Shown piece after piece: positions 8,624 to 18,006 of a stretch of 64,000 nt of DNA. Position numbers and translations under genes: made by a program. Under the pieces are notes generated by a model that saw only the letters and a list, made by a program, of their open reading frames with translations, was not told the origin of the DNA and did no database searches. The first letter of the stretch is position 1. Every line of letters starts with the position of its first letter. The stretch comes from a virus (lineage: Duplodnaviria > Heunggongvirae > Uroviricota > Caudoviricetes). The stretch is from the IMG/VR virus record IMGVR_UViG_2541047543_000003; one strand, given 5' to 3'.

Positions 8624-9421
8624 TCACTCAAATCTTAAGCAGTTTTCAAAAAACTCAGATGATGTCATCTTAGCTCTATAGTGAGGGATGTTAGTCTGAC
8701 TCAATACATCAAAAGCATCACTAGGCTCAACATAAATGATCTTAGCATTGTAGGCTTTATGACAACCCCTTATTGGTTCTTCCATATACGGGAATTGAAG
8801 TGATGTTCCAATCACAAATACGTGACTGACAGGCTCTCTCAAGAAATCTTCTAGTTGATAGATCTTTTCCATATCAAGCATACCATTGAACGGTACGATG
8901 TTTGGTCTCAAATCCGACTTGCAAAATGAACAAGCTGGAGCATTCCTTTTCGTCTTAACATTCAAGTCTATGTCACTTATTGGAATGTAGCCATGTTTGA
9001 TTCCTCGAACATTAATGCAGTTTTTGCAATACACAACCGATAAGTTTCCGTGAATGTCAATGACGTTTTCCGACCCTGCTTTCTGGTGGAGGTTGTCTAC
9101 TTGCTGAGTGAATACACACGAGTCTTTGACTAGCTTTTGAATCTGCGCAATCTGTGTGTGAGCTATGTTAGGCTTGTAGCTTTCGTAACCCTTAAGTAGA
9201 GGCGAGATTACATCCCAAATCACTCCTGGTCTTTTATCCATGTTGAAGGCTGACAATAAATGCTCAATCTTTCCCTTCTGGTTTGTATAAAGACCTCCCT
9301 CACCTCTATAGGTAGGTAATCCACTTGCTACACTTATTCCCGCACCTGTAATGAACAAAACTCTATCTGAGCTTGAAATCTCAATCTCATTGTCATTTAG
9401 GCTTACTACTGCTTTTTTCAT
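8624..9421 (-). CDS. Sir2-family NAD-dependent protein deacylase (sirtuin)
   Basis: Rossmann motif GAGISVASGLPTYRG, TQQVDNLH, and an HG plus CxxC...CxxC zinc module (CKNC...CSFC). Length is 265 aa, typical of CobB-like sirtuins. Confidence 0.85.
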   Translation of the reverse strand: MKKAVVSLNDNEIEISSSDRVLFITGAGISVASGLPTYRGEGGLYTNQKGKIEHLLSAFNMDKRPGVIWDVISPLLKGYESYKPNIAHTQIAQIQKLVKDSCVFTQQVDNLHQKAGSENVIDIHGNLSVVYCKNCINVRGIKHGYIPISDIDLNVKTKRNAPACSFCKSDLRPNIVPFNGMLDMEKIYQLEDFLREPVSHVFVIGTSLQFPYMEEPIRGCHKAYNAKIIYVEPSDAFDVLSQTNIPHYRAKMTSSEFFENCLRFE

Positions 9422-9533
9422 AAATTATCCTATTTCTTATTTATGCTATCTATACACCATCTGAATCTCACAATCAATACTTGACCCTGCCTCTACTTTA
9501 TGTATAATTGCGATAGTTGTCTAGGGGTGTTTT

Positions 9534-10505
9534 ATGTCATTCGAAATCTACAAAACTAAGTATCAATACTGCATTTCATCAAAAAACCTACTTCATATCA
9601 CAAAGCAGAATTTTGGGTATGTTCCTGGTTATGACGAATTTATGCGAAGTGAAGCTGAAACACTAATTCAGACAAATGACATTCTTGGTTATAAAACAGA
9701 CGCAGAAGAGAATTACTGGATCAACAATGGTTGCCCTACAATCTTTGTTGAGGATAAAGATCTAATCAATGACCTGTTTATCGCCAAGTACAAGACTGGT
9801 TTGAACGCAATGCTAGCGGCTCCCTTCCCCATTTTCTCTTTTTCGTTTCCGAGTAAGACTGTAATTAATGGAGTTGAGTTGCCACCTTGCTTAGTATGCT
9901 TATCAGGTGAAGCTGACATTTACGAAAACATGACTACTCCTTATGACGCAAAATACTTAGGGGCTGAGTTTACTCCAAAGCCTTTAACTAATAGGACATT
10001 CCTATCCATTAGTTATAGGACAAAGGATGGGTATTTAATGAATAAGTCTGTGATTATTGAAGAGGTCATGGACATCATTAATGACATGAATGAAATGGGT
10101 GATGCTAAGTGCTTCCTATACGATCAATCTTTGAATGAGCTTGAATCAAAGATGATTCTAACCCTTACAAAGATTGTTGCAGGATTGCTCATCTATCATT
10201 CAGCAACGGAAGGTAAAGGGCTTAGAAAGGGATTCCCATCAAAAACGATTAAACTTCCAAAACAGACAACCAGAGTAAACTATATTGGTATGTCACTATC
10301 AAACTGCAATGAATACACTCCAAAGCAAAAAGGAAGCAGTAATTCGGTTGGATATAAAATCCTATCTAGAGAATCTTTCTTTAGAAACTTGCAGGCTGAT
10401 CGCTATTATCAAGGAAAATTCCAAAATGAGCCTAAAGGAAGTCGCTGGGTTTACGTTAGTGGAATTAACCGCGATGTAGATGAGTACACTCAAGGAAAAG
10501 CATAG
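9534..10505 (+). CDS. Hypothetical protein (323 aa)
   Basis: Long ORF divergent from the Sir2 gene; SD-like GGGG/GTG upstream. Confidence 0.6.
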   Translation: MSFEIYKTKYQYCISSKNLLHITKQNFGYVPGYDEFMRSEAETLIQTNDILGYKTDAEENYWINNGCPTIFVEDKDLINDLFIAKYKTGLNAMLAAPFPIFSFSFPSKTVINGVELPPCLVCLSGEADIYENMTTPYDAKYLGAEFTPKPLTNRTFLSISYRTKDGYLMNKSVIIEEVMDIINDMNEMGDAKCFLYDQSLNELESKMILTLTKIVAGLLIYHSATEGKGLRKGFPSKTIKLPKQTTRVNYIGMSLSNCNEYTPKQKGSSNSVGYKILSRESFFRNLQADRYYQGKFQNEPKGSRWVYVSGINRDVDEYTQGKA

Positions 10506-10577
10506 GCTCACCACTTCTTTTAAGATTGGACATTCAATGCTAAAATTATATTTAAAAATAAATATAAGGTGCATTAA

Positions 10578-11153
10578 ATGTCCAAATTTACTTATGTAAC
10601 ATCATGTGTTGGGGCTGATGGTGACGATATCAATGAAATGAAAGATGCCCCACTATCAATCGAAATTGATAAATCCGATTTCTTCAGAACTATTGGCTCA
10701 GGTGTAAAAGACCAAATCGTTGATATATTTGAATTGAATAACATTCAAGAATTTATAGATGACTGGTACACCAGTTCCTACACTTCTTGTTATCAAGGAA
10801 TTCCTTGCTTGTTCGTACAGCATAGCGGTATTGAACATGTTTTCGTTGACTCCAATCGAGTTCGAGAACTTAGACACGGTGAAGAGATTGAAGAGCGCCG
10901 TGATGCAATTTCCGATATAGAGGACTTGTTAGATGAGTATCAACCTTGGCAGGATGCACAAGGAAAAACCGAATGGTTTAAAGCTCTCTCAAGCTTTGTA
11001 AAAGAGAATAAGGCTCAGTTCGATGCGCACAACATCTTGCTCAGTTCCATTTACACCAGCGGATACCCATACAGCGAAGTTATAGCTGAAATCGATAAAA
11101 AACTACTTATAGAACCCAGATCCAAGGAAAGAGAGTCTGGACTAAATCTTTAA
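10578..11153 (+). CDS. Hypothetical acidic protein (191 aa)
   Basis: Long ORF with SD-like AAGGTG upstream and a terminator downstream. Confidence 0.6.
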   Translation: MSKFTYVTSCVGADGDDINEMKDAPLSIEIDKSDFFRTIGSGVKDQIVDIFELNNIQEFIDDWYTSSYTSCYQGIPCLFVQHSGIEHVFVDSNRVRELRHGEEIEERRDAISDIEDLLDEYQPWQDAQGKTEWFKALSSFVKENKAQFDAHNILLSSIYTSGYPYSEVIAEIDKKLLIEPRSKERESGLNL

Positions 11154-11154
11154 T

Positions 11155-11181
11155 AAAAAGCCCATCATGATGGGCTTTTTT
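11155..11181. terminator. Bidirectional terminator AAAAAGCCCATCATGATGGGCTTTTTT
   Basis: Palindromic stem flanked by an A-run and a T-run. Confidence 0.8.
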
Positions 11182-11182
11182 C

Positions 11183-11692
11183 TTATGATGGACATAAGGC
11201 TTGTTCTCTTCTTAAAATTTTCTTCTGTTCTAGATCTGCCCTTGCATCGTTAATTAAAGACGAATCGACATCCCAATCGAATACTCGCAATACTATAGCT
11301 TCCTTACACATGTATTCCCACGCTGGATCCTCTGAAGCTTCACCAGACCAGTACTTCAGTGCTGCTTCCTTAACAACATCACTTTCAACACAGAAGCCTG
11401 AATCCATTAACTCAGTCACCTTTGTGCTCCAATACATATCGTGTTTCGTAACATCTCCTTTCGGCACGACCAAAAAAGTGTATTCCTCACCGCCACCTGC
11501 GTATTCAAGATCTTCAAGCTCTTTCACTAAAAACACACTATCTTTATGTGCAGTGAACTTATTAGGTCTATGGTATTCCAACCCCCTATAAAATCCAGCA
11601 GCTCCCCACTTTCCTTCATAATCTACACAATTTCTTAGTTTTGTTCCTGGTGGAAGGTAATCATCTGAACCATGATAAAATATTTTAGACAT
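11183..11692 (-). CDS. Hypothetical protein (169 aa); N-terminal FYHGS motif suggests a possible ADP-ribosyltransferase-fold (H-Y-E type) domain
   Basis: The ORF is solid. The motif resemblance is tentative: IFYHGSDDY resembles the PARP/Tpt1-type His-Gly-Ser/Thr loop, and there is a later acidic EYMCKEAIV segment. Confidence 0.55.
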   Translation of the reverse strand: MSKIFYHGSDDYLPPGTKLRNCVDYEGKWGAAGFYRGLEYHRPNKFTAHKDSVFLVKELEDLEYAGGGEEYTFLVVPKGDVTKHDMYWSTKVTELMDSGFCVESDVVKEAALKYWSGEASEDPAWEYMCKEAIVLRVFDWDVDSSLINDARADLEQKKILRREQALCPS

Positions 11693-11888
11693 ATAAATTA
11701 ATACGAATATAAGATTTGTTATTTATTAAATAATATCACCATTAAGGATAGATATCTTTCCAAAAAAAGAAAAAGGAAGATCTTTTTTGATCAAACTCCG
11801 CATTGCATTGTATAATATGAGAAAAACGGCTGTAAAAAATATATTTAATAAAATATTCAGCTAAAACAAATAATTAATAAATAAATGA

Positions 11889-12419
11889 ATGAGTGAATTT
11901 ATGATAAAAGAAGAATACAAACAATGCTGTGATGATGGTCTTGAATCAGAATTATTATTCAAAATGGTGGCAGAGAAAAGAGGCTTTACTGTTGTAAAAT
12001 CCCCAGATCATCAAGACATGAATGATCATATTGACTGGTTTATAGAAAAAAATGGAAAACGATATTCTGTAGATGTAAAAGGATTAAAAAGAGCAAGTAG
12101 AAAAGATAAAGAAAAAGATGAAGATGTGATTTGGGTTGAGTTTAGAAATGTTGAAGGAAAACCTGGCTCTTTATTTGGTAAACAGGACTTCTTTGCATAT
12201 GAGCAGAATGACAGCTTTATTTTAGTTAGAAGAAAGGATTTATTAGATTTATCATTTGACTGCCTAAATTCTTTCACTAAAATAGTGCATAAATCAGATT
12301 ATGCGCTTTACAACCTGTATACCAGATATGGAAAAAAGGATTTGGTAACACGATTGAAAAAAAACAATCTTTTAGAAATAGAACATAAGGTATGGCCTAA
12401 AAATTATGAACTCAATTGA
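11889..12419 (+). CDS. Hypothetical protein (176 aa), possible PD-(D/E)xK nuclease fold
   Basis: DHIDWF...SVDVKGLK resembles a D...(D/E)xK arrangement. The call is weak. Confidence 0.5.
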   Translation: MSEFMIKEEYKQCCDDGLESELLFKMVAEKRGFTVVKSPDHQDMNDHIDWFIEKNGKRYSVDVKGLKRASRKDKEKDEDVIWVEFRNVEGKPGSLFGKQDFFAYEQNDSFILVRRKDLLDLSFDCLNSFTKIVHKSDYALYNLYTRYGKKDLVTRLKKNNLLEIEHKVWPKNYELN

Positions 12420-13116
12420 TTCTCAAAAATTGATTTACGATTTAAATTCAAGCTTTTGCACAAATGAATCAGAAATTCTTGAATGGTACGATGGACCACT
12501 TTTCGTAAAAAGCAAGATTGAAGGCAAGGATTTCTATTACCACATTTTAAATATTTCTAAGGGATACTTTGCAGCATTTCATCTAAAGCCAGGCATTAAT
12601 GCTATTGATGGTGAAACTTTAGACCCTGCTTTATCAAATGTATTTCTGAATGAGTTATTTCACGGCAATAATGCTTATGAGCATCTATATCTTTACGATT
12701 CTGTATCTGGTAAAAATCAAGCTTTAGATTCTACGAATATAAAAGATTTCATTACCCCTTGGAAAGAAAGGGTGTATGAAAGAGCTATTTATCAGTTCTT
12801 AGTTAAAGGTGTTTCTGAGTTTTACGCTTCAATAGACAATAAGTCGGATCCACTGCCTCATTCAACCAAAATTGATATTGAATCTAGCTATGATGAAGTA
12901 CTTGTTGAACTTGTAAATGTTGCTCGGCTTTACGGCTGTAGTGGAACTTTACCTAAAGCACAACAAGTATGCTTAATGGTAAAGTCAGGTGAACAATTTA
13001 ATGGCTGTTTCAACTATCGAATCACACAACAAATTTCTGTAAAATTTAACTTCTCGATTGATAATGAAGTTATTAAACTGAACTTACACCTTGTTCCAGC
13101 GGAATGTGATGATTAA
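12406..13116 (+). CDS. Hypothetical protein (236 aa)
   Basis: Overlaps the upstream gene by 14 nt, indicating translational coupling. Confidence 0.6.
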   Translation: MNSIDSQKLIYDLNSSFCTNESEILEWYDGPLFVKSKIEGKDFYYHILNISKGYFAAFHLKPGINAIDGETLDPALSNVFLNELFHGNNAYEHLYLYDSVSGKNQALDSTNIKDFITPWKERVYERAIYQFLVKGVSEFYASIDNKSDPLPHSTKIDIESSYDEVLVELVNVARLYGCSGTLPKAQQVCLMVKSGEQFNGCFNYRITQQISVKFNFSIDNEVIKLNLHLVPAECDD

Positions 13117-13631
13117 CAACATGTTAATTGAATAAAGCCTCGCCATCTAGTTATGGTTGATAAAATTGTGGGTGCAAGGCTTGTGTTCTGCACTCATTTT
13201 TTCTTCTAAATAACAGATAAAAAGGAAAGAGAGCAAAGATAGGAATTCATAGAAATGTTGTTGGTTTAACATTATAAGCTTCTTATAAAGTCCAATATTG
13301 AGCACATTACCTCCCAAACCGCGCCATAAGTGCCTAGACAGGCACCTTATATCACCTGCCATTATCGATGTTGTCCTTTCACGCAAGAAAGGGCGGGGTC
13401 ATACCTAATGCTCGTGGGAAGAATGCCATGTGCCTTCAAAAGTAATCAAGGGCAAAGATTTTTTTGAAATTACAGCAATGAACTGATTTACAGAGATAAA
13501 ATATATATTTCTACGTTTATCATAGCGAATGGCAAGCATGTATTGCTAATTTAAAACTAAGAATGGGCGCTACACCTGACGGTATAGCACCCACAACTTT
13601 TATTAGCCACCATCTAGTAGTGGTGGTTTTG

Positions 13632-14282
13632 CTAGGAAATAGCTTTGAAAACCCTTGCTGTATAGATAGCATCACTGATAGCCCTATGCTCCTTTAGCTC
13701 GGATTCTAGACCTAAGTTCTGCACAGCTCTTTTAAGTCCCATCGTATCTCGACCACGAATTTTTGCGTAGATTGATTGGAGATCTAAAAAGCTATGGTTC
13801 AGTTCGGGCTGACTAATTCTTCTTAACTCTCTATTAAACGCTTTTTGCTCGATACCACCCCAGTGGACAAAAATACATTTTTGTTGCTCATCGAGAAAGC
13901 TTTTCAGTTTTTCAAGATAGAAATTTTCGAAGTTTGGCATACCCTGGAGCATTTCAGTGCTAATGCCTGTTTTTTCTTCACAGTATCTACCCATTTTCAT
14001 CTCTGGGAATGGTAGAATCAAAGAATCTAATTCAAACGCCGCTTCCAGATTATCCGACCTTACCGCAACAAGACCAAAATCAACAATAGATTCTGTAAAC
14101 TTGTCTGATCCACCTAGCCTATATTGGTTGTACTCAAAATCGAGAAATAATAGCCACTCAAAGTTTTCTCTTACTAGGTTAAGATGGTTTTTGGCATCTT
14201 CTGCACTTCTATGAGGCTGGGATTCAGAGTTGGCGGGAAGTCCTTGAATAAGCTCACCTAAAAAACGCTCTAGATTAAGCAC
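13632..14282 (-). CDS. DEDDh-family 3'-5' exonuclease (DnaQ/RNase T-like); probable true start at 14535 after a -1 frame change in an A7 run
   Basis: Exo I motif FLDFE and Exo III motif HRAISDAIYTARVF. The annotated start is GTG. An upstream ATG ORF (MNDVSKLLEWLS..., 14535 downward) joins in-frame if one base is added to or removed from the T7/A7 homopolymer at 14403-14409. Confidence 0.75.
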   Translation of the reverse strand: MLNLERFLGELIQGLPANSESQPHRSAEDAKNHLNLVRENFEWLLFLDFEYNQYRLGGSDKFTESIVDFGLVAVRSDNLEAAFELDSLILPFPEMKMGRYCEEKTGISTEMLQGMPNFENFYLEKLKSFLDEQQKCIFVHWGGIEQKAFNRELRRISQPELNHSFLDLQSIYAKIRGRDTMGLKRAVQNLGLESELKEHRAISDAIYTARVFKAIS

Positions 14283-14692
14283 ATCATTGCCAACAAATTC
14301 GGTTATTGTCGGAAGCTTGTGGTAAAAATCATCTAATGTGATTTTACTTGAGAAATAGTCAGGATTGGTCTGACTAAGTAAATTACATGCAGATGAAATG
14401 CTTTTTTTAGGCTTTTAATTTGAGGTTTTCTATGCAAACCCTTTTCAGTTGACTTGTATTGATCTAGGTTGCTAAGCCATTCCAGCAATTTACTTACGTC
14501 ATTCATTTCAAATACCTTAATTTTATCCAGAGTTTTCTCTTTTACACCACTCTAAGAATTCTTGAGCTGATTGTATGTCTGAAGGAATTTCTACAGTCCC
14601 ATGCTTTAGCATCAGAGCATAATCCAAAGAAATAGCATCTCTTTGCTCTTCACTAAAGTGCTGAATTTGATTATTCAATATAGCGTCCTCAG

Positions 14693-15082
14693 TTAACAAG
14701 TTCGTCTTTGATGTAAGGCAACAAGAGTTCTAGAATTGTTATACATCATTACAACCCTTAAGTAAATAATAGCCAGATCGAAAACTATTCTTGAATCCAT
14801 CTTTTTAGTTTCGGGAGACATTAAGGGCAATGCATGAATCGTTTCAAGAGATGAATCTGAAAGATACTCATAAAGAGGGATAACAACCTCATCTCGGTAT
14901 GTACTGTATGAGCGCAACTTTATTGATGCTGATATGCGATTTATAAATCTGAGTAAATCAGAAGACTTTACACCTGACTTAGACAATGACTCAGTAACTT
15001 TATACAAGTCTTTATATTTTGATTTTTTATTTATCAAATTAACGAGTCGCAGGGCATCTTTACCTATGGTTAGATTATACAA
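14693..15082 (-). CDS. Hypothetical protein (129 aa)
   Basis: ORF followed on the same strand by a 57-codon open stretch in another frame (14536-14692). Confidence 0.45.
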   Translation of the reverse strand: MYNLTIGKDALRLVNLINKKSKYKDLYKVTESLSKSGVKSSDLLRFINRISASIKLRSYSTYRDEVVIPLYEYLSDSSLETIHALPLMSPETKKMDSRIVFDLAIIYLRVVMMYNNSRTLVALHQRRTC

Positions 15083-15096
15083 AACTCGCTCCTTAC

Positions 15097-15291
15097 TTAA
15101 GCGTTTTCACTTGCTATTTCCGCTTCACCATCTACTTCCTTCCAGCCATTCTCCCACTGAAGGAAAGCGTAACTTGGATTGTCCACGCATGTGTTTCTAA
15201 AAGGGTTTGCATGAATACTCATACCAGAAGCCCTACAAGCCTTACCATTTTCATACGGGGTTTGATTATTGAGATTGTTCATATTATACAC
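15097..15291 (-). CDS. Rmf-like small protein (ribosome modulation factor family resemblance), 64 aa
   Basis: NGKACRASGMSIHANPF...AFLQWENGWKE resembles the Rmf pattern G-x-AG-R-x(4-6)-CPY...W-L-G-G-W-R-E as I recall it. This is a motif-level inference only. Confidence 0.4.
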   Translation of the reverse strand: MYNMNNLNNQTPYENGKACRASGMSIHANPFRNTCVDNPSYAFLQWENGWKEVDGEAEIASENA

Positions 15292-15382
15292 CGTTGCAAT
15301 TATTGTTATTTAAAGATATATTGCCATTTGTTCTTACTTCTATCAAATGTTTTGCATACATTTAGTTAAAAAAGTGATAAAA

Positions 15383-16120
15383 ATGAAAGAATTTTATTAT
15401 GAAATAAAATGTCAGAAGCAGGACTCATTAGGTAGTTGGGCTTTCCCTCCTATGTACTCAGGACTATTGAAAGCTAAAGACAAAAAAGCAGCCAGAAAAG
15501 CCCTTGAAGATGAGTTCGACGTTGAGCTACCTTGCCGCGTTCTCAAAAAAGATTTTGAAACAAGCCCATATTTGCTCAAATTAAGAGAGCATGACGGAAC
15601 TGATGAATATCTAAATCGTTTATTTGAAAACAGGAAATGCAAGGAGTGCAGCAATTCCTTTAGGCGAATTGACCTTTACAATGACCACAACGAGCAATAC
15701 AAGGGGATAGAGTTTTGCTCTAGAGAGTGTCAACAGAAATACGGAAAGAAACACATTGCGTTCAATGCTTCCTGTATCGATAAGACACATGGAAATGCGC
15801 CTGTCATCTATAAGATTACTAATAAGGCTGAAAATAAGCACTATATAGGCAAAACCTTACAGGTTTTCACGTTACGCTGGTATCAGCATTTTTTTCAGGG
15901 TGGTGATTGCAAATTTCATAAAGCTATCAGAAACACCAATCTAACAGATTGGGAGTTTAGTGTTTTAGAAATTATTGGTGAATCACCAGAAGGTATGCCT
16001 ATGGAGGAATACGTACTCTCTAGAGAAACCCATTGGATGAAAAAGTACGATTCAATCGATAACGGCTACAATAGTCAAGTTTCTAGCATTACTGTACACG
16101 GGCATCTGGAAGAAGGTTGA
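15383..16120 (+). CDS. GIY-YIG endonuclease-domain protein with N-terminal Cys-rich (zinc-finger-like) region, free-standing homing-endonuclease-like
   Basis: C-terminal PVIYKITNKAENKHYIGKT...RWYQH matches the GIY...YIG motif. Upstream are CKEC...CSREC cysteine pairs. The start was chosen at MKEFYY (the ORF could begin at 15347). Confidence 0.7.
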   Translation: MKEFYYEIKCQKQDSLGSWAFPPMYSGLLKAKDKKAARKALEDEFDVELPCRVLKKDFETSPYLLKLREHDGTDEYLNRLFENRKCKECSNSFRRIDLYNDHNEQYKGIEFCSRECQQKYGKKHIAFNASCIDKTHGNAPVIYKITNKAENKHYIGKTLQVFTLRWYQHFFQGGDCKFHKAIRNTNLTDWEFSVLEIIGESPEGMPMEEYVLSRETHWMKKYDSIDNGYNSQVSSITVHGHLEEG

Positions 16121-16128
16121 GGTAAACG

Positions 16129-16854
16129 ATGTTCACTATATATATTAGAAAAGACCTTGGAATGACTAGAGGTAAGATGTTATCCCAAGTCTCACATGCA
16201 GCTATGAAATACACGCTGTCACTATTTGAGAAAAATGGTGGAGTTTTAACTACTAGTTTGAGCACTGTGGAAAAACTAAACCATGTATTGACCCACATAG
16301 ACAAAGTTCTGAATATCCAATTTGTAAAAAGTGAAGAAGAACTTATCAATGTAAGCAATGCTAGTTCTAATCACGCCGTAAGTATTATTGATAATGGATT
16401 GACACAATTTAATGGCGTTAAAACACTAACTTGCACTTTGGTTAATACTGACTTTAGTCTTCCAATTCTTAGAATTCCTGAATATGGTAAGAAAGAGAGT
16501 GATCATAAACAAGTACTCGTGTTTTATAGTAATGAGAGACTAAACAAGACAATCCAGATCAGATCAGCCATTAAAATGGCAATAGCGACTATCCTTGCTC
16601 ATCTCTCTCATTGCAGTATTAACCTTGATTCGGAGAAAAATAGAGATCTACAAATCTGGCTTGATGATTGCTTTAAGAAGGTTACATTAAAAACAAAAAG
16701 TATTGATGTATTGATGAATCTAAAAGAACAGTCAGAATCAAGAGGCTTATTATGCGTAGAGGATATTGACACATACTCAACAATTTCTCTCGCGATAGGA
16801 CCAGGTAGCAACAGAATGTATCATGAGTTAACGGACAAGTTAACACTGTACTAG
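16129..16854 (+). CDS. PTH2-type peptidyl-tRNA hydrolase domain protein (N-terminal PTH2 domain of about 110 aa plus a 130-aa C-terminal extension)
   Basis: YIRKDLGMTRGKMLSQVSHAA matches the PTH2 N-terminal signature (RxDLxMxxGKxxAQxxHAA). VKSEEELINV...IIDNGLTQFNGVKTLTCTL matches the C-terminal core. SD GAGGT upstream. Confidence 0.8.
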   Translation: MFTIYIRKDLGMTRGKMLSQVSHAAMKYTLSLFEKNGGVLTTSLSTVEKLNHVLTHIDKVLNIQFVKSEEELINVSNASSNHAVSIIDNGLTQFNGVKTLTCTLVNTDFSLPILRIPEYGKKESDHKQVLVFYSNERLNKTIQIRSAIKMAIATILAHLSHCSINLDSEKNRDLQIWLDDCFKKVTLKTKSIDVLMNLKEQSESRGLLCVEDIDTYSTISLAIGPGSNRMYHELTDKLTLY

Positions 16855-16957
16855 TTGAAATTGCAGCCTATAGGCTGCTCTTTTCCAATTATCTACTAAT
16901 AATGGTGTTTTTCATACCTGATATACTTAAGCCAATCTAAGTAGATTGGCTTTGATT

Positions 16958-17956
16958 TTACTTTTTAAGTTGTTGAATGGCTTTCTTAAAACTTCCGTAT
17001 TCAGTTTGACCCGCTCTAATAGAATGGTCAAACCTACTCAATATGGCATCCATTTTTATCTTTAAAAAGTTTTCGTGCGATATAAAGAAACTGCCATTTT
17101 CAAGCTTATGGATGAAATTTACTCTTGATGAATATTCAGGAATGATTAAATCTAAAAGCCAGCCTATATAAATTGAGTTTCGTATTTTTTTGTACAGTAT
17201 TGGATCTTTTGAAATCAGAATATATGCTTTTCTAATTATATCGAATGCATTTCTATCACAATCAATGTAATAGACAAGCTGATCTTTATATTCGAATGAA
17301 TCCAGGGTTATAAAATCAATGCCTAGTTCTTCTGGGATTTCGCTTATCAATTCATTTAGATTATTAAGAAGAACCTTATTCTCACCATCTTCGACACCCG
17401 ATTCTAACGAAACATCAATTTCTTCAACAACTTGCAAGCAATCTTTCAAGGCAGAAATTATATTTACTGATAGGCATATTTTAAACTTTGAAGGAAGTTT
17501 ATTTATGTGATCGATCACTAATTTATCTTTCGCTCTCTTCGGGATTCGGTATTTTGATATATTATTTAAATAAGAGTATTCAGAAATTATTTGCTCAATT
17601 TCTAAAGTTAGTTCTTTATTCACATTGGTTTTCTTATCAGTAATTACCTTTTCGAACTCAATTCCATTAACATCTTTGAGATTTGCGAAAAATCTTGATT
17701 TAACTATCTCTTTCTTCTTTGAGTCAATGACAACAAAAGTTATCGAATCCATTAACGGGTTGTTCTGTCTAATGTAAATTCTATCTATTTTCAAAATTGT
17801 GTTTTTAGGAAGGGAAATTGAGTTCGAAACATTTACAGCTTCAGTTCCAAGGTAGGACTTAAGGAAGCTTTCATTTCTTCTTTCTTTGATAACATTAAAT
17901 GTAGTTTGGGATGCTAGCTTGATAGCATCCCCTATAGTTGGTATATAAAAAATCAT
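16958..17956 (-). CDS. Hypothetical protein (332 aa)
   Basis: Long ORF. Confidence 0.6.
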   Translation of the reverse strand: MIFYIPTIGDAIKLASQTTFNVIKERRNESFLKSYLGTEAVNVSNSISLPKNTILKIDRIYIRQNNPLMDSITFVVIDSKKKEIVKSRFFANLKDVNGIEFEKVITDKKTNVNKELTLEIEQIISEYSYLNNISKYRIPKRAKDKLVIDHINKLPSKFKICLSVNIISALKDCLQVVEEIDVSLESGVEDGENKVLLNNLNELISEIPEELGIDFITLDSFEYKDQLVYYIDCDRNAFDIIRKAYILISKDPILYKKIRNSIYIGWLLDLIIPEYSSRVNFIHKLENGSFFISHENFLKIKMDAILSRFDHSIRAGQTEYGSFKKAIQQLKK

Positions 17957-18006
17957 CTTTAATCTCCATTTTTAGAAATTATAACAATGATTATTTAATT
18001 TATATA

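Noticed and set aside
13147-13386. 79-aa minus ORF in the 13.1-13.6 kb gap
   Set aside because: Low-complexity product with no RBS, overlapping GC-rich hairpins. The region is better treated as noncoding or structured RNA pending evidence.
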